A stretch of DNA of 64,000 bases from NCBI RefSeq assembly GCF_018350175.1, contig NC_058368.1, positions 161,636,001-161,700,000 on the forward strand, read 5' to 3'. The translations under genes and the position numbers were made by a program. Of this stretch, positions 24,504-37,830 are shown in pieces; positions within the stretch are counted from its first letter, which is position 1, and every line of letters begins with the position of its first letter. A model generated the notes under the pieces. The model saw only the letters and a list, made by a program, of their open reading frames with translations. It did no database searches and was not told where the DNA came from. This DNA comes from Felis catus (Eukaryota).

Positions 24504-27500
24504 CGCCTGTTCCTTATAATGACAGATAAAGTGGAACCGAGGGCTTAAATGTAAGAGATAAGAGAAAAATTGGAAAAAAAAGGGGGGGATTTAATTTATT
24601 TTACAATTTTACAAATGATAAAACAATTACACCCAATTGCTATACATAAACAATAGGAAACAGTGTTGAACAGAATGAACTTGACAGAATAAATCTCATC
24701 TTTCAATTCCACAAATGATTTAAGAAATACTCAGTAGCAATTATCCTGTGCAGCAGTGCTATCTCTGTAAACTCTTTTTTTTTTCTCCTGCTATATACAT
24801 TTGAAACACTTGTGCTTTTTGCCTACACAAAGAAACAGTATTTATTAAAAGGTGCTACTTAAATGGAGACACAGGGCCCGGAGCCACAATCTGAAAAGTC
24901 TAAGTCAAATACATTGCCAGCTTCAAAACTTTTTTTAATTTTTAATTTTTCTTTTTTTTTCTTTTTTTAAGATTTGGCCATACTAGACCTTTATTGACAC
25001 TCTAAGTATGAACAATAGAATTCAGTTATAAAGTAAATCCCTCTTCAGGTTAGTAACAGAAGTCTCAAAAGAACTTCTTTATTCTAAAGTGGTCTTATCT
25101 CCAGAGTGCTTAACAGCACAGCCTCTGAAGATGTTAGCATAACACAAATCTAGTGCGTGTATATTACAGACTCTGTGTATGTAACACAGACACACATATA
25201 TAACATTGTATATATGCATCACACATGTCTATTTGTACTATATAGATATATCTATAGCACATATATAATAAAATATCTATTTCTAGGTGGGCTTTATTTG
25301 GATTTTCTTTTGTCAGATATGCACAATAACCCTCTCTCACTCAATTTTCAAAACATTGGTAACTTGATAAGGTCTAATGAGGAAACTTTCAAACTTGTAG
25401 AGGTAACAACTAACAATACGTAACTCTTCCTACACCTCTTCCACAATTATAGATACCCCCAACAATAAGCACGTGAAAACAACTCTTATGAACCAAATAC
25501 CACACTGTGTGCATTATGACTAAGTGGCTCAATTAGAAATAAATTACTTTGTTCACCCTTTTCCTGTGGAGAAGTTTAATAACTAGTTGGTATGTACACT
25601 ACCCATAGCATTATTTAAATAAATTTCTTATGTAAGCATATATGTAGAAATTCCCATTAGCGATTGATATACATTTCATATGATATACAATACAGAAAGA
25701 CATTTGAATGCCCAGCACCTTCTTTGAGACTCAAAAACTTCCACAGTAATTTCATCAGTCCCATGGGCAGAATCACTAGATTTGCCCGGAAAATCTGTTA
25801 CTGATTCTTTTTTTTTTTTTTTTTTTTTTTATTTGAGCAACATAATATTAAGTATAGAACAGGCTGGGTAATGGTGAAAATGTTTCCATGGCCTATTCAT
25901 GTCAACAGCACAGTAACAACCATGTTCTCTAAAGGACAAGAATCTTTCACAATCAGCTGCCTGAGCATTGCCAGGTACAGGGGTAAATTGTGAAAAAGAA
26001 ACAAAAAATTAAAGCTGTGAACATATGATAGATAGTCTCAAAAGAAAAAAAAAACTCAGATGTTTCAAGTACGTATGTATAATTTTATTTTATCATGATC
26101 CCTTTTGGCCCTTATTGGTTAAACGGAATTCTTCTTCTTCTTGCTATTAGTGATCTCCTTGCCTTATCCCTGTAAGAAGGCCACAGTAGATTGTGGAGGT
26201 GGTGGGGTGAATGGAAAGGTATACAATAGGGAATGAAATGGTCTTGTACAGTTTGTTTTCTTTGAACACTAAATACCTTTAATTGAATTCATTCTTGAGT
26301 ATTGAAAGTTCCCTGAGATGAACAAAAGTAGTCTCAGTCGATACTGAAGCCCTTTTTATATGCTGAACATTTTCAGAACTGGGCAATTTATTTAGAGAAC
26401 ACAAAGTATAGGGTAACAAAGCAATGCAAAGCTAAAAAGGCACTACTCAATGCATCTATGAGATAAACATTAATGCACAAAACGATGAGTGGCTGGATGC
26501 TTTTGCTGTGGCCTTAAAATTGTTGAAATACATTTGTTGATAATGCAGTAAAAATGGCAAGGTTCTTTGCTGCTGCTTTGTAAGACATACTTTTAATGAG
26601 CTCTGAGATGGATAGTACCTACCAGAATTTACTTGTGACTTCAAATTTTCTATCGAATTCAAATTAAAGACTACTCCAACAACTTACCCACAAACAGTAA
26701 AAATTAAGGTTCTATAAATTACCTACTTTGGATTTGTTACATAAATCAGACTCTTCAACTTTACATTCAAAACATGTGCCTAATTCTTTTAAGATTTCCA
26801 TTAGGTAATAAGAGGTTAATGATAAAAGTACATCATGTTCATAGCATTTTTAGCTATGTATCTCCTTTATGCATTCTATTTTGTTTTCTTAGAGACACAT
26901 GAATTCTAAAAAATAGGATTTTGAAACCCAAGGTTCTCTTATATTTTTAAAAATAATACCATGTATTATTAATATATTAAGAACTGTACTACTGTGGACA
27001 TCCTATTCTATGATTATATATATATATATATATATAATCTCCATGCTATTTATTCTTTTTTTCAGACTGTCTTCCCTAAGAAACAAAACATATATGTTCC
27101 CCACACTATTTCTTCTTTTCTTACACTGCCTTCCCTAAGAAACAAGAGGTCATCTAAGGGTTTCAATCCAAGCGTAGAAGTGGGAACACAGGACTTCTGC
27201 TTTCTAAACAATTCACTGTCAGAATTACCTGCCGCTGAAGTAGAAGTTAACAGAAAACTGGCCCATTGGTCAATTCTATCACATGTTAAAACTTTTTGAA
27301 TCACTTTATTAATAATTTCATGTGCTTCTTTGAAAACACATTAATGTAGTACTGTGAATAAATTTAACCACAGAGGAAATATTGGTCAACTTCATTCACT
27401 TGAAGTGCAAAATGCTGACACAGTTTCATTATTAAACCTCTTAAAAGTAATCATCCCTGTTTTGGAAACAGCATTCTATTAATCACGTTATTTCTGCACT

Positions 27501-28638
27501 AAGAAAACTTAACAGTAATGTAAAGAGAATGCCAATCTTTCCATTTGAGTAATAAGGGGAATATCAAAAAACTGGAAGTCAGATTTCAGCCCTATCAGTC
27601 TGACATTTATCCTAAAGGGCAAAATGCTTCCAGAAAATTATTATGAAATGTAAAAGTTACGGAAGTCTTCTTCAAATAAAAATAAAGTTTGAGTTTGAAA
27701 AATTCAACATATTTAAAGACAACTTCTGTATTAGTAGCATCATAATATATTAATATATTATTTTCATGAAAGGAGAATGGTTTGTTGTGTAGAAACATCA
27801 GTATAATCTTTGGTACCAAAAGTACTTTTTTTTCCTGCTAATTTTACCATCTCAGATGACATTGAACATCTTTCCTTTAGAATGGCTCAAGATTACTGAG
27901 TGGCACAGTTTAGCTGGTACCTTCTACACCACTGGGAAAAACTCTGGAGGTTTAGAGTTGTGCAAAATAAAACGTTTTTACAAAGTCATTGTGTGATTGC
28001 TCTTTAAAAATATAAGAACTTTAAAAATGATTTCTTAAAGGTTATTTATCTCATTCATCTTTATCTCAGAAAGGATTTCTAAGCACCCAATACCCAAACC
28101 AAAAGAGATTCCAGAAGACAAAAACAAAAACAAAAACAAAAACATAAAATTCATGATCAGACTCAGAGTCTTGACTGAAGGCATTTACTTGAGTTGTTTA
28201 ATCTTATGGATTTCACTGCTCCAACTATTTCCATCTTGATTTCTTCTGACAAGGATGGTTTAATCCCCAGGGCTGGGTTACTCTTCTAATGTGCTTGGCA
28301 TTGCCGTGGCAGCCCAACAGTGATGAACATATTTGCCTCATTAACTAATGACAAGTGCATTGTTGGATCTTGTAAACACTACTGATTATACATTCAAACT
28401 GTGTTCTTAGTGGAAGTGGCACTTACTAGGACCCTTGAAGTCGAAATATGTTTTTTAGAGCACTTTGCAGGTATTTCATCAGCTGGTAGCGGATTTTTCA
28501 TAAATGTCCTTTATCACCTTTCAGATAATTGGTGGATACTGAAACTCAGTCTTGTTCTGGATCCTATTTTCAAATCTTAGGAAGCATCTTCAGAAAAGAA
28601 GTGCATATTCAGTTTGTTTGTATGTTTTCAAATGTGCT

Positions 28639-28921
28639 TTATTGCTTTACACACTTTCCTGTTGTTAGTTTCAGGGCTCCTCTATTATGTAGCACATTCA
28701 ATGTTTTGAATTCTAATGGCATTCTGTGAGGACTTGCATTGGAAAAGTACCTATATTTTAAGTCATCGTAGTAATGATATTTGACGGCTTTTCCATTCAA
28801 ATCCTTAGGGAATGGCCAGAATCCATACAGGTGAATTTCATCACAGAATCTTGTGGCAAGTGTATACATGAGGAGACCTGTGCTGGGTCTTTTGATGGGA
28901 ACTTTGTTTGTCAGCCAGTAA
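28639..28921 (-). CDS. ST8SIA4: ST8SIA4 (CMP-N-acetylneuraminate poly-alpha-2,8-sialyltransferase, PST) last coding exon, 93 aa + stop
   Basis: Translation [93 protein letters not shown] matches the ST8SIA4 C-terminus as I recall it: sialylmotif S (PSTG...YGF), motif III (HYYD), VS (HxxxxE) and a terminal Cys. The acceptor ttttcttttccAG ends at 28922; the exon starts at 28921 with the last base of a split codon, and the TAA stop is at 28641-28639. The N-terminal part of the ORF-track entry (MLCVPL...FFSS) is intronic. Confidence 0.97.
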
Positions 28922-28934
28922 CTGGAAAAGAAAA

Positions 28935-28952
28935 CACACACACACACACACA
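28935..28952 (-). repeat. (TG)9 microsatellite in the splice acceptor
   Basis: Plus-strand (ca)9 directly adjacent to the polypyrimidine tract. Confidence 0.95.
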
Positions 28953-31900
28953 GAAGAGAAGAATTTAGAGGAACACACAACATACCCTACAGCAAAGTAT
29001 ACTATGTGGAATTAAAGTAAATCAAATTTGAAAAGTATGCTTATGAATAACAATCAAAAGATTCCTGAAGAAATATTTCTTAAGCATTTAGAAATTTAAT
29101 CTTTTTATATTATTTTCTCTTATCCTTTATTTCCTTATTTTTGAGGTCATATAAATAAACAGGGGACCTAGAAAGTATGTAAATATTACTGTAGAATCTC
29201 ATATTCAAAATGAATTAGCACCAAATACATAATATACAGAATAGAATCTTCTCAGAAAGTGTTAAATACGACTATAAAAGACACAGTAATTGGGCAAAGA
29301 TTGAGTAATTCTCCTAGAAAAAGAAAATTTGAAACTTTGCCCCTGGGTTTTTTAAAATCTCTGATATTTCAATTAAAAATCCAAACAAATGCTTCACTTG
29401 CATTATACTGACTTATTTCATTTCAATTGTCCAAATCCCATTTTACTAAAGCTAATTAAAAATGTTGCCTCAACCCACAGAACAACGACATAAAACAAAT
29501 AACATATGAACATAAACAGTTCACCACTTATTCAGTTTAACACTTTGTTAAATAAGCAAAATAAATTTAATGCTGATAAGTATTTTATACTGTTCATTTT
29601 CAAAGGTGATAAAATACTCCAAAATGTTCAGATCCATCATTGTTGTCAAACTTTGTTCACCTGAAAAGCATGCAAATTCACAAGTTAATCATCACCCCTG
29701 GCAAAGAAGGGGGTTTCCAGTATTTCTTGGCATATTCATTATCTCTTGTGGAAACAGCTAAAAGAGGAATGGTATAGATTTTAACTTTCAAAGTTGTCCA
29801 ATTATAAATAAAATAAAGTTAATAATTCTTTTTTTTTAATTTTTGTTTTTACTATTGTCTTTTATTTGGGGAAATATATACCCTGCCATCCAAATGTAAG
29901 GGCAAGATTATATAAAATTTTGGTCATTGCTTTGTTTAAACACTTGCCTTGGATTTACACAGTATTCTTTCCTTTTTTTTTTTTTTTTTTGTTTTGTTTT
30001 GTTTTGTTTTGTTTTGTTTTACCAATTTATGACGTTTTCCAGGGGACATCAAATACATCTAGACTACTGAATGCTGATCAAGAAATATTGGACTTTGAAA
30101 CCTCCCTACAAACATCCAAAACAGGGAAAAGATACTTATCCATTATTGTTCCTCTTTTTTCCCCCTTCATTTCTCCCTCTCTGAACCAGGATTGACCTTT
30201 CACATCTTTTAGTTTTCTAATTGGGTAAAGGCCACGTGCTAAATGTTTTGAGCCATATGAAATGCACTTTAGATCTTTTGTAACAAAAGTTTTTTAAGAA
30301 AGCCTATTCTCAGTAAAGAACATTTGGAAGGAGTCTTCAAGGAAGATTATATAAGAATTTTCTCATAACACAAAGGTAGCTAATGAACAAAAACCATAGC
30401 GCATGCATTGTTGACATCATGAAGAAACCCAGATATTGATTCTGTGTGAGAAGTTTAGTTAAACTATGGTTTGAAGGTTTTGAAGAGACTGATAGAGACC
30501 AAAGCTGTCTCAGCTTTGAGAAAACAGATGTTCTAGCATAGAATGATTCTTATTGGAAAATTTTGTAATGTGATCTGTGTGTGATTACAGATGTCAGTTG
30601 ATGAAGCTGGTTAGTTTTAAAAAATGCATTTATTTATAAATTTTTAAAACAGGTGAAGCAAGATCAAACTCAGTCAAAAAATGATTATTTCCACCAATGA
30701 ATGTCAATGATTCGGAATAGTCTGACAATATGAAGTTTGTGCTGAATTATGTTATTTCTAAAGTGAGAAAAAAAAAGCTATCAGGAAATAGTATAATACC
30801 ATATTATTTATATGGGACTCCAAGGTCACGTTATATGTGACTTCAAGAACACATTATAAATAAACACTTTGCATTTTCTAATTCTGGAAAGATTTCCTGA
30901 ATATTCATTCAACTCTGATCATTCATAGACAAAATACCAAAGCAACTTTTTTATGAATACAAATAAGCAATTATAGTGTTAGGGGAAAAAAAAACGCTGA
31001 TGGCAAAATTTTTGGCCTAAATGTTTTAAAATAGTATCACAGATACATAGTAACTCAACCTTTTTTGATCCAGGGCACCCCATGTGATACCACAACAGAA
31101 AATCAGTGAAGTCATCTCCTTACCCTCAAACGCCTGACATCTAAAAGCTAGCAGGCAAAAGAGCATAGTGGAGACATCAGTACATCCAGAACAAAACAAT
31201 AGAAACATGTAATTTTGGGGACAATTCTCAGGTACGTGATGTGACTTCAGTGAGGTTTTTATGGAGGAAATAAATTTGTGAATTTTGGAATAGGAAAGAT
31301 ATACCTAGAATATTAATTAATTAATATTAATAAAAATTGTGTTTTGAAAACTCAACTCAGATCACAAAGCATCCTATTTGAAAGTAATGGGTAGAGAGGC
31401 TCTAGAAACTTGTTACTTTAATCCATGCAGTTCAAACACTGGTGTAAATACACTTTGCTTTAGAAATTCTAAAACTGTCTGATGTTTGGCTTGAAACAAT
31501 TTGAATAATTTCAAAGAAAATTAACTACCCATTTTCAGGATATTTTTGGAGAAAAAGAACAAAATAAATGCCATTTATCAAACAGACCTTACTAAATGGT
31601 ATCAACATGTAACAGATAAGTTGAAACAAAACCTTAAAGCAGTTGAGAACTAAGGCCACAGTTAATAACATTCTGTGAAATTAAAAAACACAGGAGCCGA
31701 TCCAAATATAGTCAGTAAGAAATTCCTATGCGCTTATTATAAATCTAATGTTGGGCCTGACATTGTATAGGCCAACATAAATTACCGATATTCAGTATTT
31801 GCCCAGGAGCACATTCCATATGTGAAGAGGACAAAAATGGATATTCTTTTTAAACTCTATTAGCACAATCAGTTAGATAATATCTGCCAACTTTACAAGC

Positions 31901-32544
31901 CAAAATCCAGAGAACAATTTTAAAATCCATATCGCTCAGTATCTACTTATGTACAAGCTGGCATTTGAAGACCACAAATTTCTTTTAAAGAGTTAATCAA
32001 AAATAGAATGTTAACTTAAATTTTAAATCCTAATTAGGAAGAAACTGAACTGAAAATAATGCATTTATAAAATAATGAACTATTTATATTCTAATTCAGG
32101 ATAAGCTGTTCTAATATTTATCTCAAATTCATTTCTCTTGTAATTTCAAATTTGGCAATATTTTCAATTCAGCAAATAATCTAGTTTCTCTGTATTATTT
32201 CTTTTTATAGAAATTGATATTTTTCATCACAAAATCAATGCAGCTTCCCTGTAGAAAATATGAAGAAAAAAATGAGGAATAAAATATTACTTATAAGTCA
32301 ACTACATGCAGATAACTACTGTTATAATGTGCTGCATCCTCTTGTTTCTCTGACTGTTTTAGTCTTAATATATCATTCATAGACATACATAGAATATTTT
32401 TTCACCAGCTAGGCTAAGTTTTATTTCAGATACTATTAATTCCCTCTCTCCTTTCCTCCTTCTCTTCCTTTCTGCTTGAATGTTGTAATACTCTGTCTTG
32501 TTGTATGAAACAAACTCACCCTAGATTTTATTGAACATTTCTAA

Positions 32545-32743
32545 GTTTTTATTTTTTTAAGTTTATTTATTTTGAGAGAGAGAGGGAGAGCAAGTGGGGG
32601 AGGGGCAGAGCCAGAGGGGGAAAGAGAGAATCTCAAGCTGACAGAGCAGAGTCCCACATGGGTCTCATTCCCATTAACCATGAAATCATGACCTGAACCA
32701 AAACTGAGTCAGACGCTTAACCAACTGAGCCATGCAGGTGCCC
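32545..32743 (-). mobile_element. CanSINE
   Basis: TSD tgaacatttctaa. Confidence 0.9.
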
Positions 32744-34117
32744 TGAACATTTCTAACTTTTTATACATGCAGTAGCCTCCATAGGTCTCACTACTTCCCA
32801 CCATGGAAGGTCAGTTCTTGCTAAGCCAGGTGTCTTACCTTCTCTTCCTCCAACATATCCATTGTTCTTATTTCAAACAAACTTAGCAGTTGCAATGTCT
32901 CTATCCACCAAATCTGTGTCACAAGAAGTGCATATGAATCTGTGATATCATATATCAATGCCTGAGCCCTTGGGCAAGCTACTACTTCTCTTCCTTGGGC
33001 CTTGATTAATAATATTAAGCCTGTAAGGTTGTCATGATAATGTAAGAGAGATAGTATGTGTGGAAATCATAGCAGAAAGCTTGACACATAGTAAGTAATA
33101 CTAGTTGAATTTTAACATCTTTCAGAAAAACCCACTCTTTATTCCAACTCACACTTCTCTCTTGATGCCTTCTGTAACTATATGTTCCCTGTGGTCATGT
33201 CATTTAACCTCAGTGGGCATGTTTCCTTAGTTGAGAAACAAAAGCATTTGATTGTGTGGCTTTGGAGTTTCCTTCATCTGTAAGATTCCATTGGTGTTTC
33301 ACATCTTCTGTCTCCATGAAACTGCACACTGCCTGAAACTGTGTGAAACACTCTTGGTCCTGCTGTGCTACCTGCTCCTCATTCTGTTCTCCTTCGCTTT
33401 TTTCAGGTTTGAATATATTGAAAAGCAAAGAAAGTACTTATAGTAGTTTTGACATTAAAGCCAGCAATAGGTTAGATTTTTATCTCATATTAAAATTGGG
33501 TAATGATCACCTGATAAGCCAAAATATATTATTTCAAGCAACCAAAATTTTCTAAATAAAAGAAAAAAACCTTATCTTCAACAGCATTCCACATTTGATA
33601 CACTCATGACAGTTCACACTCAACATTTTGGCAAACAAGGAATATTAATTAGCGTTTATATTTAAACAAAAAAGTGTAGAAGTTTAGAAGTAATAGGTAT
33701 TTTTTCCTCTTAAGATATTATTCTTTCAAAAATCAAAAAATGGAAATTTCTATATAAATATAAAATAGAATATATAATAAAATATGCATAAAATATAGAT
33801 AATATATATTATATGTGATATAATATATATATTAAACTATCCTAGAATATAAAGTATGGAATCCCACTATTCCAATTTTAATGTTATATTATATGCAAAG
33901 TTTCCATTCATGAGCCCAGTGATTCTTTTATCTGGAATGCAATATTGAAGTATATAGCATGAGGTGCTTGTTCACACTACTTCTCCTCTCATATTTATCT
34001 TCCCACAACTGAGCTTTGTGCTTGTTTCCCAGAAAGATTCTGTTAAGGGTAAATAATATGGCTTCTGGATCTGATGTCTACAGAAATTTGAGATATTGTT
34101 TAAAAATTATCTTTCCA

Positions 34118-34325
34118 GGGGTGCCTGGGTGGCTCAATCGGTTGAGTGTCTGACTTCGGCTCAGGTCATGATCTCACAGTTGGTGAGTTCGAGCCCTGTG
34201 TTGGGCTCTGTGCTGACAGCTCAGAGCCTGGAGCCAGCTGCTGATTCTGTGTCTCCCTTTCACTCTGCCCCTCCCCTGCTCATGCTCTGTTTCTCTCTCT
34301 CAAAAATAAACATTAAAAAAATTTA
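34118..34325 (+). mobile_element. CanSINE (feline)
   Basis: Full-length; TSD ending ...ctttcca. Confidence 0.93.
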
Positions 34326-36192
34326 AAAAATAGCTTTCCATAATTCATCTTTGCAGAAGATGTTGGCATTGCCCCAATTCTGTACTCCATGTCTCCAAAC
34401 TAATTTTTAATAATATCTGAATATTGTATATGAGTTTTTTAATATTCTGTCCTTCATACTTGTTAATATGTTGGTTCATTCTTAGAAAAAGTACATGTGT
34501 ATAGGCTGGCTAATATAACACTTAAAGCAATCATCCTTGGCATATTGCAATGGCATATCTCTGCTGTTTTGTTTTCAACTGTTCAAATTATCCTTCCATC
34601 ATATTCCCAGTCTGCAATATGCTCCATCATGTGAATTTACTTTTTAAAGTATGAAAACTTAATTTTGTTTTAAAGTTGTTTTGGTTAAGTTCATAATACC
34701 TCTTAAGATTATGAAATAGCCCATCTTTCTATAAAAGCAGGGTGGATGATCATTTCTTAAAAGAAAAGAAAAACAAAACAACACACAAAAAACCCACAAA
34801 TAACAACAACAAAAAACTTCCAGCACTATACTCACAGAGAATAATTCAGTCCACCATAATTAATCCTTATGTTATTCCATTGAAAGAAAAAGTAATAGAT
34901 GCTTAAATCTACCTTGATATGAAGCATATTTCAAGTTCTTAGGCAAGCTAGGAATAAAGTCAGGAATATAGACATAAGCAGTGGCATAAAAGGTAGCAAT
35001 GGTAACACTAATTAATTGAGAGTGTATAAAGGACCAGAGACCATGTTAAGTACTCTACCTATGTTGTTCTTCTCCTTTAATCCTCATCACAAACCCATGA
35101 ATGGATGTTATTTCACAGATGGGGATATCGAGGCTTCACAGGTTAAATAACCAGTTTAAGGTCATGGAGATTGTAGGTGACAGACTGGGTTTTAAACCAC
35201 CCCTATCTGGCTATGGTGATTTCAATTTAAACTAAAAATGAATGGGATTCTTTAGCTTCTCAAGAGAATTCAGCTTGGAACAGTAATTCCCCAGAACATT
35301 TTCAACATAGGGTTCATATGGGAAAAAATAAAGTTCTGTATGGTGTTTTGGTGATTAATAGTCTGGTGTCAATGGTGATGTATTTTACACATGTAGCTTT
35401 TTTGGATTTTTTGTTTCTTTCAAAGGCAAATAAGAGCTGACCAGTATATAGGACCCACTTTTCCCATGAACACTCTCAAAAGTGTTCCACGTCAGAAGAC
35501 GATTTTGTAGTTTCAATATATAACTTACTTAACCACACTGCAAATGTCAAAGGCAATGACATTGTATCAAAGGGTAGGGATTTCCATGCAGATATAAATA
35601 AGCTTCTTAAAGTATTTTGACGTGTTATTAAAATGCAGGAATTCACAACCTCAATGGGTCAGTTTGTCAGTATTTTTTCTAGGTGCCCTTTGCATGCAGA
35701 GCTCTACATTATTATACTGACCTTCATAAACCTGACTCATCAGAGGCATGGAGTTTTCATGGCATGGAAAAAGGAATAGGGATACTAATTTAGGCCCAAT
35801 GATCTCTATATTCTATTTGGTACCTATTTATGTTATTTGGTGTCCAACACAAGAATCAGGCTTTGACCTTAATTCTGAATTTCAGCCCTCTTTTTACCTG
35901 GCCACATATGTAGTCTGGTTGAGCACAGATAGTGATACAAAACTCAAGATCTCCTCTTATTATATTGGTTTTGCCAAGTGTCTTATATTTTATCAGTGAA
36001 CATATAACTCTTGTTATTGTAATATTAGTAATTATATTTTATACTCAGAGTTTTAAAGTACTTTCACATGCTGCTCATAAAATCCTGTTATATATGCTGC
36101 AGTATATGTTATCATTTCTACTGCGCAGAAGGTGCAGTGAAAAGCTCAGGAAGTAAATGATTTGTCTGATTTTGCTCAGCCAATATGCTATA

Positions 36193-36400
36193 CATGGTGT
36201 GTTGGTAATTGTTTAACAGCCAGCAGTCACTAACCAGGGGGAAAGAGTTGCTGAGAAAGAGTTGCCTTTGCCAATTTCTGTGGTGTAAATACTCCCATCA
36301 CAGTTGATTTCAAGCTACTGACCTGACGTCAGTGAACACTGAGTTGGGAACACAATCCACTCTTGCCAGCCAGTACCAGCTAGCTCCAGTATACCACTGG
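36193..36400 (-). mobile_element. MER63-like hAT DNA transposon (MITE)
   Basis: gtggtgtaaatactcccatcacagttgatttcaagctactgacctgacgtcagtgaacactgagttgggaa and terminal ...ctccagtataccactgg. Confidence 0.75.
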
Positions 36401-36558
36401 CTGGAGAACACATGGAAAATATTCTTCCCGACCTGTCTCCCCATAAGGTCTGCGCAAAAAAATTCAACATTAAGGAAGCTTACCTTAGAAAAATTTCCAG
36501 GTAATTGTTTATTTATACCTCACTTGTAAAGAGAGAAGATGAGGGTATAGGTTGCATC

Positions 36559-36784
36559 TTTTTTAAAAAAAATTACTTACTTATTTTGAGAGAGAGAGAG
36601 GGAGGGAGACAGCGAGCAGGAGTGGGGGAGGGCAGGGCAGAGAGAGAGGGAGAGAGAATCTCAAGCAGGATCTGCACTGTCAGCGCAGAGCCTGATGCAG
36701 GGCTCAAACTCACCAACCATGAGATCATGACCTGAGCCAAAATCAAGTCAGACTGCGTAACTGACTGAGCCACCCAGGTGCCCC
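36559..36784 (-). mobile_element. CanSINE
   Basis: Antisense full-length copy ending gagccacccaggtgcccc. Confidence 0.92.
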
Positions 36785-37732
36785 TAATTTGCATTCAATA
36801 ATGTAAGATAAGAGAGAAATTTAACATTATTATATGATGAAAACAGAGATGAATGAGTCTTCTATTTTTATCTCTTAAATATGATATTTAGCACCGTCCT
36901 GGATATACAGCAGATACTTAATGAGTGCATATTTAATTTATTCTTGCTGGTGTTTTAGAGATTTGTAGTGTTAATAAAATGGAACATACTCATGATTTGG
37001 CAATCTCAGAGTAACAATATTTAATAGTGGGAAAAGCACTGGAAAAGTTGGAGTGCTGCCTTTGCTTTACCTTAAACTAACTACATGATCTTGGGCAAAC
37101 AACTTAAATTTATTCAGCTTCAGTTTAGTCAACAATAAAATGAGATTTTTAATATGGTTCCTACTACATCTAAAACTCTCATTTTTAAAAGGTCACAATT
37201 TCTGAATTCAGATTGAGGAGCATGAGAGTTAATCTATTTGTAGCTGGAGTCTTATGTTTTGCTTGTGGTGATTAACTACTCCTACTTTTATAATGTGTAA
37301 TCTGATATCACATGCAGCTCATCTCTTCAATAATGTTATAGAGCCCTTTGATAAAATCACCCTGTTAAAAACTTTAATATCATTTCTAGTTCCCTATATT
37401 ACTCGTATCTAGAGGTCAAAAATTTTTCTCTCCATAAAAATTAATAAATTGTTTTTTGATTATTTAAAAATTATAAAATTATCCATCACAATTTCAGAGA
37501 TAAAGCTAATGGGAGAATAGTGTCCAAGAAAATGGAATCTTGCTGAGATGTGAGAAAAATTAAAAATAAATAAAGGAAATCCTTTAGACTTTATTCACCA
37601 CGAAAGAAATGCAAATAGAATTTAAATGGATCACTCCAAAACTATATCACATGTCGATCTGATTTTGGTGAAGGAGAATTTAAAAAACAATTATAATACA
37701 CAGATTAATTCTATATTAAATATATAAAAGAT

Positions 37733-37830
37733 GGGGGTTCCTGGCTGGCTTAGTTGGTGGAGCATGTGATTCTTGATCTCAGGGTTTTGAGTTTGGGCCC
37801 CACAATGGATGTACTTAAAGTCTTTAAAAA
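37733..37830 (+). mobile_element. Short-type CanSINE
   Basis: gggggttcctggctggcttagttggtggagcatgtgattcttgatctcagggttttgagtttgggccccac; no (CT)n block. Confidence 0.8.

Larger units (their letters stand above)
23335..28638 (-). other. ST8SIA4: Putative long 3' UTR of ST8SIA4 (~5.3 kb); distal end inferred
   Basis: Repeat-poor AU-rich sequence follows the stop codon. Minus-strand AATAAA signals lie at 24990-24995, 24841-24846, 24595-24600 and 23350-23355. The ~5 kb length agrees with my recollection of the human terminal exon. Confidence 0.6.

Noticed and set aside
28922..28983. N-terminal extension [21 protein letters not shown] of the 114-aa ORF
   Set aside because: Read-through into the intron and (TG)n tract upstream of the AG acceptor; not part of ST8SIA4.
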